64,000 nucleotides of DNA from Phaeosaccion multiseriatum (Eukaryota; Protista; Ochrophyta, other classes). Location of the stretch: assembly GCA_965112735.1 (NCBI GenBank), contig OZ218964.1:1364001-1428000 (forward strand), written 5' to 3'. The notes under the pieces were generated by a model that ran no database searches, was not told the origin of the DNA, and worked only from the letters and a program-made list of their open reading frames with translations. A program made the translations under genes and the position numbers. Below are positions 35,923-50,092 of this stretch, piece by piece (the stretch's first letter is position 1; every line of letters starts with the position of its first letter).

Positions 35923-36602
35923 TACACACACATTTGTTACATTTGTTTGGTAGACGGATAGGGGTGAAGTGTGCCCCCTACTTGGTACAGAAGAATGGTG
36001 AGATGGGCGAGAGAAGGAGAGGGGGCAGAGCGTTCACGCGTCCGCCACGAACAGGCTGTACAAACTGCACGATAAGTACATCAGCAATAAATCGTCGCAC
36101 CTTGGTCTCTCCGTTAAGCTCCAGCTCCACCTCCCACGACTTGCTGGGGTCGAGCTTTCCCTCCAGCTCCAGAGGGATTGCTCGGAGAGCAGTGGCGCTG
36201 CTGGGTGAGCTACTGCTTGTTAACGTCGGGAAGAGCAAAATCCCGAGAGAGAGGGAGAGAGAGAGAGGGAGAGAGAGAAGCGATTAGTCATTTTAAGAAG
36301 CGCTGCATGAGAAATGAATGCGTGGGAGTGGAAGGTAGGAGTCTTGAGGTCTCTCTCCCCTCAGAATTTGTCCCTCCCTCCCTCATCCTTTCACATGGTT
36401 TTGAGTCCCAAGACCAATGCTAATCAGACATGCGGCGCGGCTTCCCCTCTCACCATCTGTCTACTGTTCCTCTGTTTATCTTGTGGTCGCGTTGGGAGAA
36501 GGCTGCCCCTCCTACTGGCGAGACCACGAAGGCGTCTGCGCAACCAGACAAGCAGCACGCCAGCCCCACTGACGCGGCTGCTACCGCAGTGCTCGGCTTC
36601 AT
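34869..36602 (-). CDS. Plastid-targeted [2Fe-2S] ferredoxin-like protein with C-terminal extension (FdC-like), 5 exons
   Basis: MKPSTAVAAASVGLACCLSGCADAF signal; spliced TITVPEGTSVLESAE..PPHSCRNGVCTTCAG...GYTLTCQTFP (Cx4Cx2C...C); tail QYDTVYETQYGQYE. Confidence 0.88.
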
Positions 36603-37121
36603 CCCTCTTCTCGTCGAGCCTGTACGTTACGAGGGGGGGTAGAAGTGGCAGCACCAGAAGAGGAGCAAAGGAAGGGGGGAAAGGGGGAAGAAAGAGATTT
36701 GAGATTTGGTTCATGTTGGCTCATGTAAGGAGGCGCACTGGTAGGAGGCGCGCATCACGTCCCACCAAAGACAATTCCAAGTTACCTTCATCCTGCCCTA
36801 CACACCTGCAGCTGCTGTTCCTTTTGCGTTCGTTTTTATCTGTATTACTTGATGCCTCTTCAATTGCCGTCTGCCCAAAAAAGTCGAGCCCTGGCCGCCT
36901 GGGGATTCAAAAGTCGCTCGATTTGTTAATTTTGGAGAAAAACAAAAAGACGAGGGCGAGGCCACAAGCGTCGTCAGACGGGCGACAAGGTGAGGCGCTT
37001 AGCTGTCTCTCCCTGCGTGCTTCCGTCGCACCTCTCGTCCTGTCTTGGTCTCATGTCCCTTTCCATGTGTTGTGTTGTGATCACCTCTGTTTCGGCTGCC
37101 CCTCGTCTGTCCTTTTCAGGC

Positions 37122-37947
37122 ATGGATCAGCCAAACGACGAAGACAACGGCGCGAGGATGGAAACAAAGGAGAATGGGGGGGAGGAGGGGGGTCAGGGAG
37201 GTGTTCCAGAGAAGATCGCGTACATCGGTCCAGGAGAAGGTGTGGGAGGAGGGGGGAGGGAGGCGGCGCTGGGGCAAGCTCCTCCTCCACCGAGCGTCGA
37301 AGATCCTGGAAAGGGACAAGGCACAGGTGGAATGGAGACCCCGATGGAGACAGCAGGCGATGGGGGGCTCGGGGTTCAGGGTGGAAATGGGGAGAAGGAG
37401 GGCCAAGCTGGCGAGGAGGACGCCAAAGCAGCAGGAGATGCTCCCGGCGCAGGGACTCCAGGCATCGGTAATACTGACAACGCTAATCCCACTGTCAGCG
37501 AGGAGGTGCCCAATAAGAAGAAGCGGAAGTTGCCTGCGACGGTGCCCAGTGTCCCGGTGGTCATCAGCGCCAACAGCCTCAAGTCTCGCCATGCCATTCT
37601 GGAGCAGAAGAAGGCGGACGAGCAGGCCAGACGGGACGAGGTGAGGCCGGCTATCGGGGGGGAGGGGTTGGGGTGGGTAACGCACTTCGCACTCTCTCCT
37701 AAGTTCGGCCTCGTCAGCCGCAGAGCGGACAAGCACTTGCACACTGCGTCTCCGCACGGGTCAGCAGGAACAGCGAATTGAAGGCAGAGGGGGGGGGGGG
37801 TTGTGATGATGATGTCTCTCTTTCTCATTCGTGCCGCTGCTCTCCCGCTCTTCTTCCCCTTCCCCCTTCCACCCTACATCGAGTTGCTACTTCCTTACTG
37901 ACTATCTAACTAACTACGCTACCGCTACCAACACCCGCAAAACACAC

Positions 37948-37993
<46 letters not shown>

Positions 37994-39433
37994 GGAGCTC
38001 CGAATAGAGCAAGAAAAAGAGGTCCTCCGCAAGGCCAAGATGGAGCAAAAGAGGGCCGAGAAGCGCCGCCTTGCCGCAGAGGAGAAGAGGAAGGTCGAGG
38101 CGGAGAAGAAGCGCCTGAAGAGGGACCGCCTCAACGGAGTGGTGGTGGAGGGCGATGCCACCGATGCCTTGCTCGGCCTTGGCTTGACGGAACTGGGTAG
38201 CGGAACTGCTACCAAGTACCTCGAGGGGCTTAAGGTACGTGTATATTACCAACATGTGAACACACACACACCTATGCGTGCACACCCATCCCCACCGGGC
38301 CCTGTGATTGCTCATTGTGCGTGTGCGTGTGCGTGCGTGTGCGTGCGTGCGCGTGTGTGTGTGTGCGTGTGTGTGCGCGCGCGTGCATAGCAATGTGTCT
38401 TTTGTCTTTCTTCTTTTCTCCCGTCCATCTGCCGTCACGTCACACACCCCACTCTCGCTTTGTTCTCATCCCCGTCTTTGGTGTAACCCCCCCCCCTCCT
38501 CCCCTTCTTTCCCCCACCCACCCACCCACCCGACCCCCGAACACTCCAGAACAAGGACCGGCCAAGCGGTGGAATTGTTGAGTCTCTCATCAGCGGCCGG
38601 CCCATCTCCAAGGGACCAGACGGCAGGTTTAAGATCACCAAGCAACAGAAGAAGGACATCGAAGGGATGAAGCCCAAGATACAGGGCATGCTGGCCAGGC
38701 AGAAGGAGGAGGGGGACCGAATAAAAAAGGATCACGAGAAGCTCATGACCGCCAAGAGGAGACTCAAGAGAGAGCTGGTGAGGGGGGGGGGACGGAGGGA
38801 GGGAGGAGGAGGAGGGGGGAGGAGGAGGACGAGGACGAGGAGGACGAGGAGGAGGAAGAGGAGGACGAGGAGGACGAGGAGGAGGAGGAGGAGGAGGAAG
38901 GAAGAGGATGAAACAAGCCATCTCGTGTGGGGTTAAGTGTGATGCTTCATTTTACGGACATAAACTTACTATGCGGTCCATGCCCATGTTCATCCATCCA
39001 TTGCCATCCATCCATCCATCCATCCGTGCACGTACTTCACAGGAGAAGGCGGCGACTCGCAAGCAGTTTGAGGGCACAACAAGGTTTCCCATCGACGACA
39101 AGGATCTCGACAAAGAGGTACGTACGATGGGCAGCCAATCCACCAGTCAATCTCCCAATCAGTCAATCGGCCAGTACTTGGGTGTCAGCCAGCCATGCAG
39201 GCAGGCAAGAGGGAGGATTGTTGCCGAGTCTTTCGACCCTAAGGACAGGAGAGAGCCTGCCTACGTTTCTTGCTACCCACGTGCCTTATGCCTTTGTTTG
39301 TCTCATCAAATCGTCTCTCCCCTCTCGTAGTCTCCTCCCCCCTCTTCCGTATCCTTCTCCACCGCCTCCCGCCCCGCCCCTTAATTCCCTCCCCATCCAG
39401 CCGCAACAAAACGGTACTAAGCAAACACACACA

Positions 39434-39488
<55 letters not shown>

Positions 39489-40170
39489 CCCTCCTTGAAC
39501 CCCGCCCGTTGCATGTAACCGTTACCCACCCATCAAACACAACAACCAGGGCCCTCCGAGCCCCCCCCTCCCTGAGCGGCCGTTACTGGTCAAGAAGCTC
39601 GACGCCGCCCAGCACGTGCAAGGCTCTCTGCTACGCGTGTGGGACTTCCTGCGGTCCTTCTCGCTGCAGTTGAGTCTGTCCGACTTCTCGGTGGACGCCT
39701 TTGTGGACGCGCTGCACAGGCGAGACGACTTCCCCTTGCTGCTGACGGAGATTCACGTTCGGCTGCTGCATCTGCTGCTGAGGTACGTGGGTAGGTAGGT
39801 AGTACTTAGTACTAAGTATGTGTTATATGATGTTGTGGTGCGTTCTGCTGTGTATCTGTATGTATGCCTGCGTCTGCGGCCTGCAGCTGCGAAGTTGGTT
39901 GTAGTGTTCTGTGACCTACCTACATGTGTTGGTGGTTCAGCTTTTGCTGCTGCTGCTCTCCTGAGAGAGAGAGAGAGAGTTGGGGCTGTTCGCTCTTGTT
40001 GTTTAACGCGTGCGTGTGCGTTTGATAGCCCGGTCGATGTGTGTTCTAAATCTTTTAACCCGCCCCCCCCCCCGCCCTCCCTGCTGGGGTACCCTTCTCT
40101 TTACTCTCAATTGCCACCATCACCATCACGGGTGCTGCTGCGACTACTACCACTACTACTGCTACTACTG

Positions 40171-40205
<35 letters not shown>

Positions 40206-41062
40206 GCTACTACTGCTACTACTACTGCTACTACTGCTACTACTACTACTACTACTGCTACTACTACTACTACTACTACTGCTACTACTACCACTACTAC
40301 TACTACTACTTCTACTACTACTGCTACTACTACTACTACTGCTACTACTGCTACTACTACGACTGCTGCTACTACTCCTACTTCTACTACTACTACTACT
40401 ACTACTACTGCTGCTGCTACTACTCCTCCTCCTCCTCCTACTGCTACTACTACTTCTACTACTACTACTACTACTACTACTGCTGCTACTGCTACTACCA
40501 CTACTTCTACTACCACTACCACTCCTACACTATTACTACTACTACTACTATTTCTACTACTGCTGCTACTACCACAACTGCTACTGTTACCACTACTACT
40601 ACTACTACTACATACCCAGAGACGGCAAGGGCATGCGTCTGATGCAGGAGGCGTTGGCGGGGGAGCCCATCAGCTGGCACATCCCTCAATCATACACCGC
40701 CAAGCAACACTCGGTAAGCAAGCAAGCCGCCCATTCACACAGAAGTTGAGGAGGAGGAGGAGGAGGAGGAGGAGGAGGAGGAGGAGGAGGAGGAGGAGGA
40801 GGAGGGGGAGGAGGAGGAGGAGGAGGAGGAGGTGTCTGAGGGCCGGGGAGGAGGCTTACGAATTGCACAGTGTATGTAGCGTACGTATACTTTACTTTAC
40901 TTCTACCCTCTCTCCTACTCTTTTGAAGAATAGAGAGTGGCAGATCGGTCGTGCTCTATTTATGTCTCCACCCTGCGTCTACAGCAAGCCATCGACTGAC
41001 ATATACAAAAATCCCTGCCTCTATACAACTACTACTTCAACTACAACAACAACAACAACAAC

Positions 41063-41134
<72 letters not shown>

Positions 41135-41693
41135 TCATCATCATCAAAATCATTATCGTCAACAGCAGCAGCAACAGCAGCAGCAGCAGCAGCGAATCGG
41201 CCTTCCCTCCCCCAAGAAGGTGCACCGCAAGACGCACTCGACCGCCGCCGACCACCACCGCCGCTCCGATGGCAGTGGAGGGACAGGCTCGGCAGACGAC
41301 ACCCACAGCGCAACCGCCCGCTTCACCTGGAAAGAAGACTTGGCCCTCATACCGAAACCCGCAGTTGGCGACGGCGCTCACAAGGACCCTAGCATGTTGC
41401 TCAACCCGCACACCTGGCAGCTGGTGGCCAGGCTGTTGCTGCCCCGCCTCCCTGCTTTTGAGGCGAGGGTGGTGCGTGCAGCGGACGGAAGGGGGGATCC
41501 AAAGGAGATTGGCCAGCTTGAGGACTTGTTGCTGCATCTCGGGACGATGGAGCACTATCGCATGTCCATTGATGAGAAGGTGTGTGTATGGTGAGAGAGA
41601 GAGAGACAGAAAGAGAGGGAGAGAGCGAGAGAAAGAGAGAGAGAGAAAGAGAGAGAGAGAAAGAGAGGGAGAGAGAGAGAGAGAAAGAGAGAC

Positions 41694-41745
<52 letters not shown>

Positions 41746-41770
41746 GGAGAGAGAGAGAAAGAGAGGGAGG

Positions 41771-41801
<31 letters not shown>

Positions 41802-42699
41802 GGAGGGAGAGAGAGAGAGAAAGAGAGAGAGGTCGTGGGAAGGGGATGGGGGTGGGTGGGTGGGAGGGGGGCATGCTGGAGCGTGTGTGCGTGAGTGCGT
41901 GAGTGTGGGAGTGCGTGAATGCGCGTCTCTCTTGTCTCATGACGCAGCCAAACCCGTGCACTTGGCTTGACATCCACTGCCATCCACCTGCCATCCACTG
42001 CCATCCACCTACCTCTCCAGGTGACTCTGCTGGAGGTACTTGTGGACGCGGCGTACGAGACGAAGCGCATCCGCAACCTCCTGTCCAGCAACATGGAGGG
42101 GCGGCTATCGCTGGAGACCAAGAGGAGGGAAGAGATCATTCAGTACAACAGGTTGGTGATACGGGGGAGGGAGGGAGGGAGGGAGGGAGAGGGGGAGGGA
42201 AGGAAGGAGGGTGGGAGGGAGGGAGGGAGGGAGGGAGGGAGGGAGGGAGGGAGCGAGGGAGAGAGGGGGGGAAGGGAGGGAGAGAGGGAGGGAGGGAGGG
42301 AGGAGGGGGAGAGGATAGGTATATGTGAATGGGTGGGTGGATGGATGAGCCTTCAACCACAAGACGAGGATGGTGGCTCGTATTTTCTTACCTATCACCA
42401 CCATTGGCTGCTATTCCACCACCATCAGGGAACGAAAGGTAGCGGCAGCGGAGGTGAGGGAGAGGGCATTCCAGCTCCTAAGGGAGAAGAACAAGGAGGA
42501 CTGGGAGAACAAACACGGGATCGTGCTGCCCAAAGACGACAAGGAGGGTGGAGGGGAGGGCGGGGGAGAGGAGGGCGGGAGAGGAGGAGGAGGAGAGGGC
42601 AGCAACAGCAATCAGTCTCAAGCAAGTACCGGAGCTAAAGGCGGATCTTCGAAGAAGGGCAAGAAGGGCGGTACGTGTTGTGTTGGTTGGTTTTGTTTG

Positions 42700-42741
<42 letters not shown>

Positions 42742-43249
42742 CGTGCGTCTGTGTGTGCGTGTGTGTGAGGCTGTGCCCGTCCCCGCCCCCTGGCCAGCCT
42801 TCTCACGCTGTCTCTCCCACCCTTCTCTTCCGGCCTACCTCTAACTGCGAAAACTGAAACTGTCGAAACGGTTCGATCGACAGCAGCCGCCCCCGGAGAG
42901 CCTCCGTCTTTCGAACCGACGTACTGGGGCCTGATTAACAGCACCATCGCAGAGCTGCAGGAGCAAGACATGTGTGGGGGGCCCTTCTACATTGTTGAGC
43001 CTTTCCAGGACGAGGACAACAACGGGGAGGGGGGTGACGGGGAGGGGGAGGGGGGCGGGGAGGAGGACGAGGAGGACGAGGAGGCGATAATGGCGAGACT
43101 ATCTCGGCAGGAGATGATAAAGCGAAGAAGAGATAAGGAAGTGAAGGTACGACGGGGAGGGGGAGAGAAGGAGGGGGGGGGTTCTGTGAGTCGAGGAGGG
43201 GCCTCGGGTGGGTTATGGAAGTGTACTCACACCTTTGCTTCTGCTTCTC

Positions 43250-43295
<46 letters not shown>

Positions 43296-43474
43296 ACTGC
43301 TACTACTGCCTGTCTGGTGCTGTGTTGTGTACGGCCAGGCCCGTGCGAAGGCCGAAAGGCTGCAGCGAAGCAAGCTGGAGAAGGCCGAGAAGTCGCAGCG
43401 GCTTCAAGCAAGGAAGGTGAGAACCACAGAAACAGAAGCGGAACCGAACAGAACCGAACAGAGAAGGACAATCC

Positions 43475-43531
<57 letters not shown>

Positions 43532-46500
43532 GGTTGACCACCCCACCCCACCCTCTGTCCTGACACCTGCTCTACCCACAGGACCTGAAAGCTGCTTTGG
43601 ACAAGTCTCCTCTCGAGTTCCAATCCCTGAATGAGGCCATCAAAAACGCCGCTGCCGCCATGCTGGAGGGGGAGGATGCAGACGGGAAGAGGTGGATGTG
43701 CCAGGAGCTCAGGGACGCTTATGTGGCGCTTGGTAACCTCTCGCAAAGGAGGGCTAAGGCAGCCATCATCAGGTTGGTATGGAGGGGAGGGGAATGGAGG
43801 GGGTGGGGTGGGGGGGGGGGGGGGAGGGAGGGAGGAACGCCGAAGTAGAGGACGTAGGCCTTGTTACTCGAAACCTTTGTTATTCTCCCCGACACGCCAT
43901 ATCTTGCAAGTAAAATCCCTTCCGCTTCTATACATACTCATTCCTCTCTCTCTCTCTCTCTCTCTTAACTCTATGCTCTTTGCTCCAATTTGTTTCTTTT
44001 CTTTTCTTCTCCTTTTCTCAGCAAGTTTGCGAGGCTGCTTGGAGAGAAGTTCGTCCGCACTGAGCCCATCGGCACAGACAGGGACTACCGCCGCTACTGG
44101 TGCCTCGCTGACGATAATCGCATCTACGTGGAGGAGGTGAGAGGGGAGGGAAGGAAGGGGAGGGGGGCGTGGGGGTGGGGGGGTAGGAGGGAGGGAAGAG
44201 AGGGAGCGAGGGAGCGAGGGGGGGGGGTGGGGGGGAGGGATGGCAGTGGATGGGAAGGGTGATATGTGTACGAGCAAGAGGATGGAGCACGGATCGCGCC
44301 AAGAAAGGAGGAAGAAGAAGAAGTTGTGGGCAGAGAGAGTGGTGTTCCCTGGTGTTCCGTGGTGTTCCGGAGTGTTACGCATCTCAAGTGCCATGACCAT
44401 ACGCCTGTTCTCGCCCCGCCTCTCCCGCTTGCTTGCGCTCCCTCTCTCTCGTCAACGCGTCCCCCCCCCCCTTACAGCTCCATAGGCGGAGCGACGCCCC
44501 TCCTTTATTGCCGTATGGTGGAGAGGGCAAGAAGCAGATGAGCGGCCTGCTTCAAGGGTATATGGGGAACAGCGGCGGTGGGGGGCAGAAGCAGTACGGA
44601 GAGCAGCAGCAGATGATGGTACATCAACAACAGCAGCAGCAGCAGCAGCAGGAGGAGGAGCGGCAGCAGCAGTTGATGCTACAGCAGCAGCGACTGGAGC
44701 AATACTCGCCCCACATGTTCGAGACGACTTGGCGCTTTTACGACTCGGAGGAGGAGGTGCGCAGGCTTATTCTCAGCCTCGATGACAGAGGCATAAGGGA
44801 GAGAGCCCTCAAGGAGGCCTTACAGGAGAGGTTTGACGTGAAGGAGTTAGGGACGGCAGGAGGAGGAGGGGCAGGAGCAGATGTGATGAGCGAGTGGAAA
44901 GAGACAGGCAACCCACTCATTGGGAAGCGGGTGGCGCGTTCGTTTGGCCGCCATACCAATGCCTGCGGTACGATTGTTATGTGGCTTCCTGGAGAGGACA
45001 ATGAGGGTCTGGCGCTGTGGCATGTCAAGCACGACGATGGAGACTCAGAGGATCTTGAGGAGAAGGAGGCGCTCGCGGCGGTGCAGCTCTGGGAGGAGGA
45101 GGAGAGCGAACAGGGCAAGAAGGCACGGGGCGAAGGGGGTGCAGCAGCAGTTGGTGATACAGCAGCAGGCCGAGGAGGAGAGGCGATGGATGTGAGCGCA
45201 GACGGTGCCACAACCACCACCACGGAGGAGCAGCAGCAGCAGCAGGAGCAGCGAAGACTGGTGCCTCGAGAGGCCTATGTCAACAAGCTGGACAGGTCGG
45301 TGCTGGTGGCGGCGAAGGGGGGCTTGGGACTGCCGGCGTTGCAGTTGGAACTTCTGCACCGAGAGGCGGCCATGCTTCCCGACCTGAGGGACAGAGTCAA
45401 GGGCTACTGTAGAGGAGCCAACAACCCACGGGCGCTGTGGACCACAAGGTTGAAGGATGCCGTGAGTGCTGGAGACATTGGCGCTGCTTTGCTCGAGTTG
45501 GAAGAGACGGTACACAGTACACAAAGTGCCGAGGATGTGATTGAAGATGTGCGTATGGGGATGGAGGCTGAGGGGTGGAAGTTCAGCACCGAGGGAATGA
45601 CCGAGGGAATGGCCGAGGTGGCTCCGGCGGTGGGCAAGAGAGTGAGGAGGTTTTGGAAGGACGACGGAGTGGACAAGGTGAGTTGGAGTTTGGAGGAGTG
45701 GGGTGGGGTTGGGTGGGGTTATATATATATAATATATATATATGTATATATAGGTGAACTTAAAACGGAATATGATGGGTAGGGGTAGAATAGAGTTTGG
45801 GTGCGGCGCAGTGGAGTCGGTGCAGTGCAGTGGAGTGGAGTGGAGTGGACTTTTTCTTAATCTACTTACATCTTGTTGCCCTCTCGCCGCTGACCTCCGT
45901 GTCCTCACCCCCCCCCCCCCCCCCCCCTCCTCCTCCCCCCTCTCTCCCCTTTCGGTATCTATTTGTTGCGTCCGTGGTGATGCTTGCTTGCTCTGCTTGT
46001 GGCTGCAGGAGGCACCCCCTACGGGCTTAATTCTCTCCGACGGCGTCGTCATGGCCTACCTCCCGGCGGAGAAAGAGAGGAAACAGCAGCAGGAGGAGGA
46101 GGCGGGGGGCAGTGACAAGAGCAAGGCTGACCAGAAGAAGAGGAAGAAGGAGGAGAAGAAGAAGAGGAAGAAGGAGGGCATGAAGGGCCCCAAGAGGGCA
46201 GTCTGGTACATAGTGCATGACAACGGGGTGGAGGAGGATCTCAACCAGAAAGAGGCCCTCAAGGCTGCCAGAGACTTTGAGCAGCAGCGGACCAAGGAGG
46301 AGGAGGAGGAGGAAGATGAGGAAGAGGAGGAGGAAGAGGAGGAGGAAGAGGAAGAGGAGGAGGAAGACGAGGAAGAGACGGATGACTCGGAGTCCGAGGA
46401 GGAGGGGGTGGCAGGCAGCAGCAGCGGCAGCAAGAAAAAGCAAGCCAAGCGCGACCGCGAGGAGGAGTCAGAAGAGGAGGTGAGGGAGGAGGTTCTGGTG

Positions 46501-46945
46501 TGTGCCTTGTGTGTGTGCTCTAGATAGCGCTGTGTACCTACCCACCTGCCTGCCTGCCTACCTACCTTCCTACCTACCTACCTGCCTACCTACCTGCCTA
46601 CCTGCCTACAAGCCTACCCACCTACCTTCCTACCTTCCTACCTACCTACCTACCTACCTACCTACCTACCTACCTATGTGCCTCCCTATGTGCCTACCTG
46701 CCTACTACCTTCCTACCTACCTACCTACCTACCCACCTACCTACCTACCTACCTGCCTGCCTACCTGTGTTAGCGTTTGTAGTGCCCTGCCTCTGCTTGT
46801 GAGGCTGCGTGTTGAGTTTTTGTGTCGAAGCGTGTTGACTTCTGACACTCAACGATAAGGCGAAAGATACCCTCACACATCACACGGAGGTCAGCTTTCC
46901 CTTTCCTCACCTCAAACTTTCTTTTGTCGCCCCTGTACCCCCTTC

Positions 46946-46991
<46 letters not shown>

Positions 46992-48006
46992 CTTTTTTTT
47001 TCTTTTTTTTTTGTCTCCCTCCCTCGCCCTCGCCCACCCCCCCTCCTCTCTTCCTTTCTCTCCCTCTCATCCGCCCACATGTCACTCACACACACACACA
47101 ACACACACACGCAGTACATGGATGGCAGCGACAGCGAGACAGAGGTGATTCCGCACACCGGCGCAAACCGCCCGACCTTGTGGCCCAACTGGGGCGCGAG
47201 GCAGGGCTGGACACGAGCAGTGAAGGCCGCCACCACCACTGCCGAGCTCTATATGGCCATGGTGTCGCTTGTGGAGAGCTGCATTGCCTTCGGTGAGGAG
47301 AGAGGAGAGTGGGGGGGGAGGGGGGGGGGGGTTGAGAGGAAGGGTAGGAGGGAGGGTGTAAGAGAAGAGAGGGTCGCAGGGGGGGTGGGTAAGAGAAGAG
47401 GATGAGAGAGGTGGGCTAAGAGAGAAGAGGATGAGAGGAGTGGGCTAAGAGAGAAGAGGATGAGAGGAGTGGGCTAAGAGAGAAGAGGGTGAGAGGAGTG
47501 GGGTAAGGGAGAGGCGGGTCACAGGGGAGGGTTACAGAGGGACACATCGTACGTCCAAGTTCTTTTGTAGATGGGTGAACGACCGACGAACTTCAAGACA
47601 CGTACCCTCCTTCCCTCCTTCCTGACTACTTTGTTGTTTTCTCTCTCTCCCACTCTCTGTTCCTCCCTCCCTTCCTTTCTCTCTCTCGCTGTCTCTCCCA
47701 CTCCCTCGTACTCCCCTTTCCTTGGTGGTGGTTGGGTACCTTCGTGGTGATGCTTGGGTCTCGTTTGGTCCGGTACGGCACTTCACAGGCATCAAGACAG
47801 AGTCTGTCCTTGTCAAGGGCCGCCCCCCTCGCTCCAGCAACGCCTGGCAGAGCGGAGGGAGGCGCCCCTCACAGGGGAGAGCAGCGGCGGCGGCAGGCAG
47901 GGCTCGGCTTCAGGCGGCAGCGCAGGCAACGGCAGATGAGGAGGCGGCGGATGCACGGGCCTCGAAACAAAAGAAGAAGGGAAGGGGGCCCCCTAGGGTG
48001 AGGTAG
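37122..48006 (+). CDS. DDT-domain chromatin protein (ACF1/BAZ/WSTF-like ISWI partner) with WHIM1-3 and two Tudor-like domains, ~17 exons
   Basis: DDT: [48 protein letters not shown]1: [22 protein letters not shown]2: [19 protein letters not shown]3: [27 protein letters not shown]. Tudor-like: [35 protein letters not shown] (x2). The 3' end is approximate. Confidence 0.88.
40140..40611. repeat. Intronic (CTA/CTG)n trinucleotide tract, ~470 bp
   Basis: Directly visible; ends just before the acceptor at ~40619. Confidence 0.95.
46535..46766. repeat. Intronic (CCTA/CCTG)n tetranucleotide tract
   Basis: Directly visible. Confidence 0.9.
47390..47506. repeat. Intronic 29-bp minisatellite x4
   Basis: TAAGAGAGAAGAGGATGAGAGGAGTGGGC units. 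Confidence 0.88.
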
Positions 48007-49419
48007 TGAGTGGTGTTGGGTAGTGAGGGGTATTGGGTAGTGAGTGGTGTTGGGTCGTCTGAGGTGTGACGGGCTGTGCTGCTGCTGCTGTAGTGCTGGT
48101 GCTGGTGGTGGTGGTGGTGGTGGTGTGGCTGCTGCTACCTGCCTGTGAAGGAGCGGGTTTCGGGTAAGGGTGCGGCCTTTTAAAAGCACTGACGCAAAAT
48201 AGCGGAGAGGAGGAGGAGGAGGAGGAGGAGGAGGGGGAAGGGGGAGGGAGGAGGGGGTGGAATTACTGATGGACCAGCCTCAGGGGTGAAGGGCTAAGCC
48301 ATGAGAGAGAGGGAAATGATCAGCAGTGGACAGTGATGGATGAGTTGCTAAGGGAGGAAACAAGGACCCTCCACAGAGACAGATACAGAGGAGGAGGAGG
48401 AGGAGGAGGAGGAGGAGGAGGAGGAGGAGGAGGAGGAGGAGGAGGAGGAGGAGGAGGAGAAGGAGGCATGAGAGCATGAGAGCATGAGAGCATGAGGGGT
48501 GCGTGGTGTCTCTCTTTCGGTCAGACGAACAGGAGGGTGGAAGGCAAGGACGATGATGGGAGGTGATGGGAGGTGATGGGAGGTAGCGAAGGGAGAGGGG
48601 AGAGGGGGACGCCGAGGTGAGAAACAAGGAAGGGGGGGGGGGGCGGGGCTTTTGCTGACGTACTGGATGCGTGACAAAGCAGCCCGGCCCAAATTGGAAG
48701 ATGTCCGCTGTGCACCCTGAGGGGTTGACTCTTCTTAACTAATCTTAACTATGCCAAGTCTTTGGTGTGTGTGTGTGAGTGTGCGTGTCGCGCTCTCCTA
48801 GGAAGAGGCCAAGGCAGAGGGCTTGATACCCCGGCTTTCTGCTTTCCGGCCCACCATTTTTGAATCTTACATTGTATTGACATACTATGGCGCTCCACTC
48901 ACTGCTCTCGCACTCTCCTCTCTGGGTGGCGTGTGAGGCAAGAGAAAGGAATGTCTTTATCTCAAACATCGACCCTCCCGCCCCCCCACTCAGTGTGGTA
49001 AGTGATCACTCACACCCACATTGGAGAAGCGCACGAGCATACTGCATTGTTTATAGCGCCCCTCACCCCCCCCTCCTCCTCCTCCTCCTCCTCCTCCTCT
49101 TTCCCCCTCTCCCTCACAACAAACACCGACAACAACAACAAAACACAGTGCCCATCCGCACAAAGAAACATGCAAACGAAGGGACGGAGGGAGGGCCTTG
49201 CCTCACGCCTCTCTTCGCTTTCTCCAATTCCGAGTTCGAGATTCCAAGTGCGAGCGAAGCATCGAAGCTGCCTCCCATTCTGCACTGGTGATCCCTCCCA
49301 TCTACTTACTACGTGAATACTACGTGGGGTCTCAAACCTAACCCCTGCGGTCTAATGAGTCCCTTTCCTCGTCCTCCCTCCCCCTCCCCTCCTCTCCCTC
49401 CTCCTCTTACACAAACCGC

Positions 49420-49452
<33 letters not shown>

Positions 49453-49783
49453 CAGAGAGAAGAATGCTTTTGGCCAAAGACAAAAGACAAAACATAAAAT
49501 CTCTGTAGTCCTCCGACACGCGCGAGCCTCATATAGGTCACACCCACGGCAGCACCAGTCACAGCACAGTGACAAACACCACAGCCTGGAGTCCCTCTGC
49601 TCTAAATTCGGGGCGCGTTACCGTGTGCGTATACGCGAGGGATGGCTCACCGCACATACGCCATCGACTGCCATCTGTGGCCATGTGGATGATCAACTGT
49701 TGCTCTAAACTCTTCCATGACGGAGGAGATGGAGATGGGGAAGTGTGTGGATGGTAGCGGATGGTCTGTCCTGGCTCGCCCTC

Positions 49784-50061
49784 TTACAGCTCGTCACAAT
49801 CGATGTCCTTGTAGAGGCCGAAGCCGCAAAAACGACAGTTGGGCACACCTGTTTCATATAGGAAGAGCCGGGGACGGAGGTCAGGGGCGAAGGGGCAGAG
49901 GGAAGCAAGGAGAGGAGGGAAGGTCCTCACGCACACGCATATATTTAGACACACGTACATACAAGAAATAGCAAGCACACACACGCACACACACGCACAC
50001 ACATGCACACATACACACACACACATGCACACATGCACACACACACACACACACACACGCG

Positions 50062-50092
<31 letters not shown>

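Noticed and set aside
36314-37471. 385-aa + strand ORF
   Set aside because: Spans the antisense of ferredoxin exon 1, the shared promoter and an off-frame part of DDT exon 1.
39820-40749. 309-aa poly-Leu / poly-Tyr ORFs
   Set aside because: Translation of an intronic (CTA)n microsatellite in the DDT gene.
48007-49783. ORFs between the DDT gene and the metalloprotease
   Set aside because: Short, SSR-derived and motif-less; consistent with convergent 3' UTRs or intergenic DNA.
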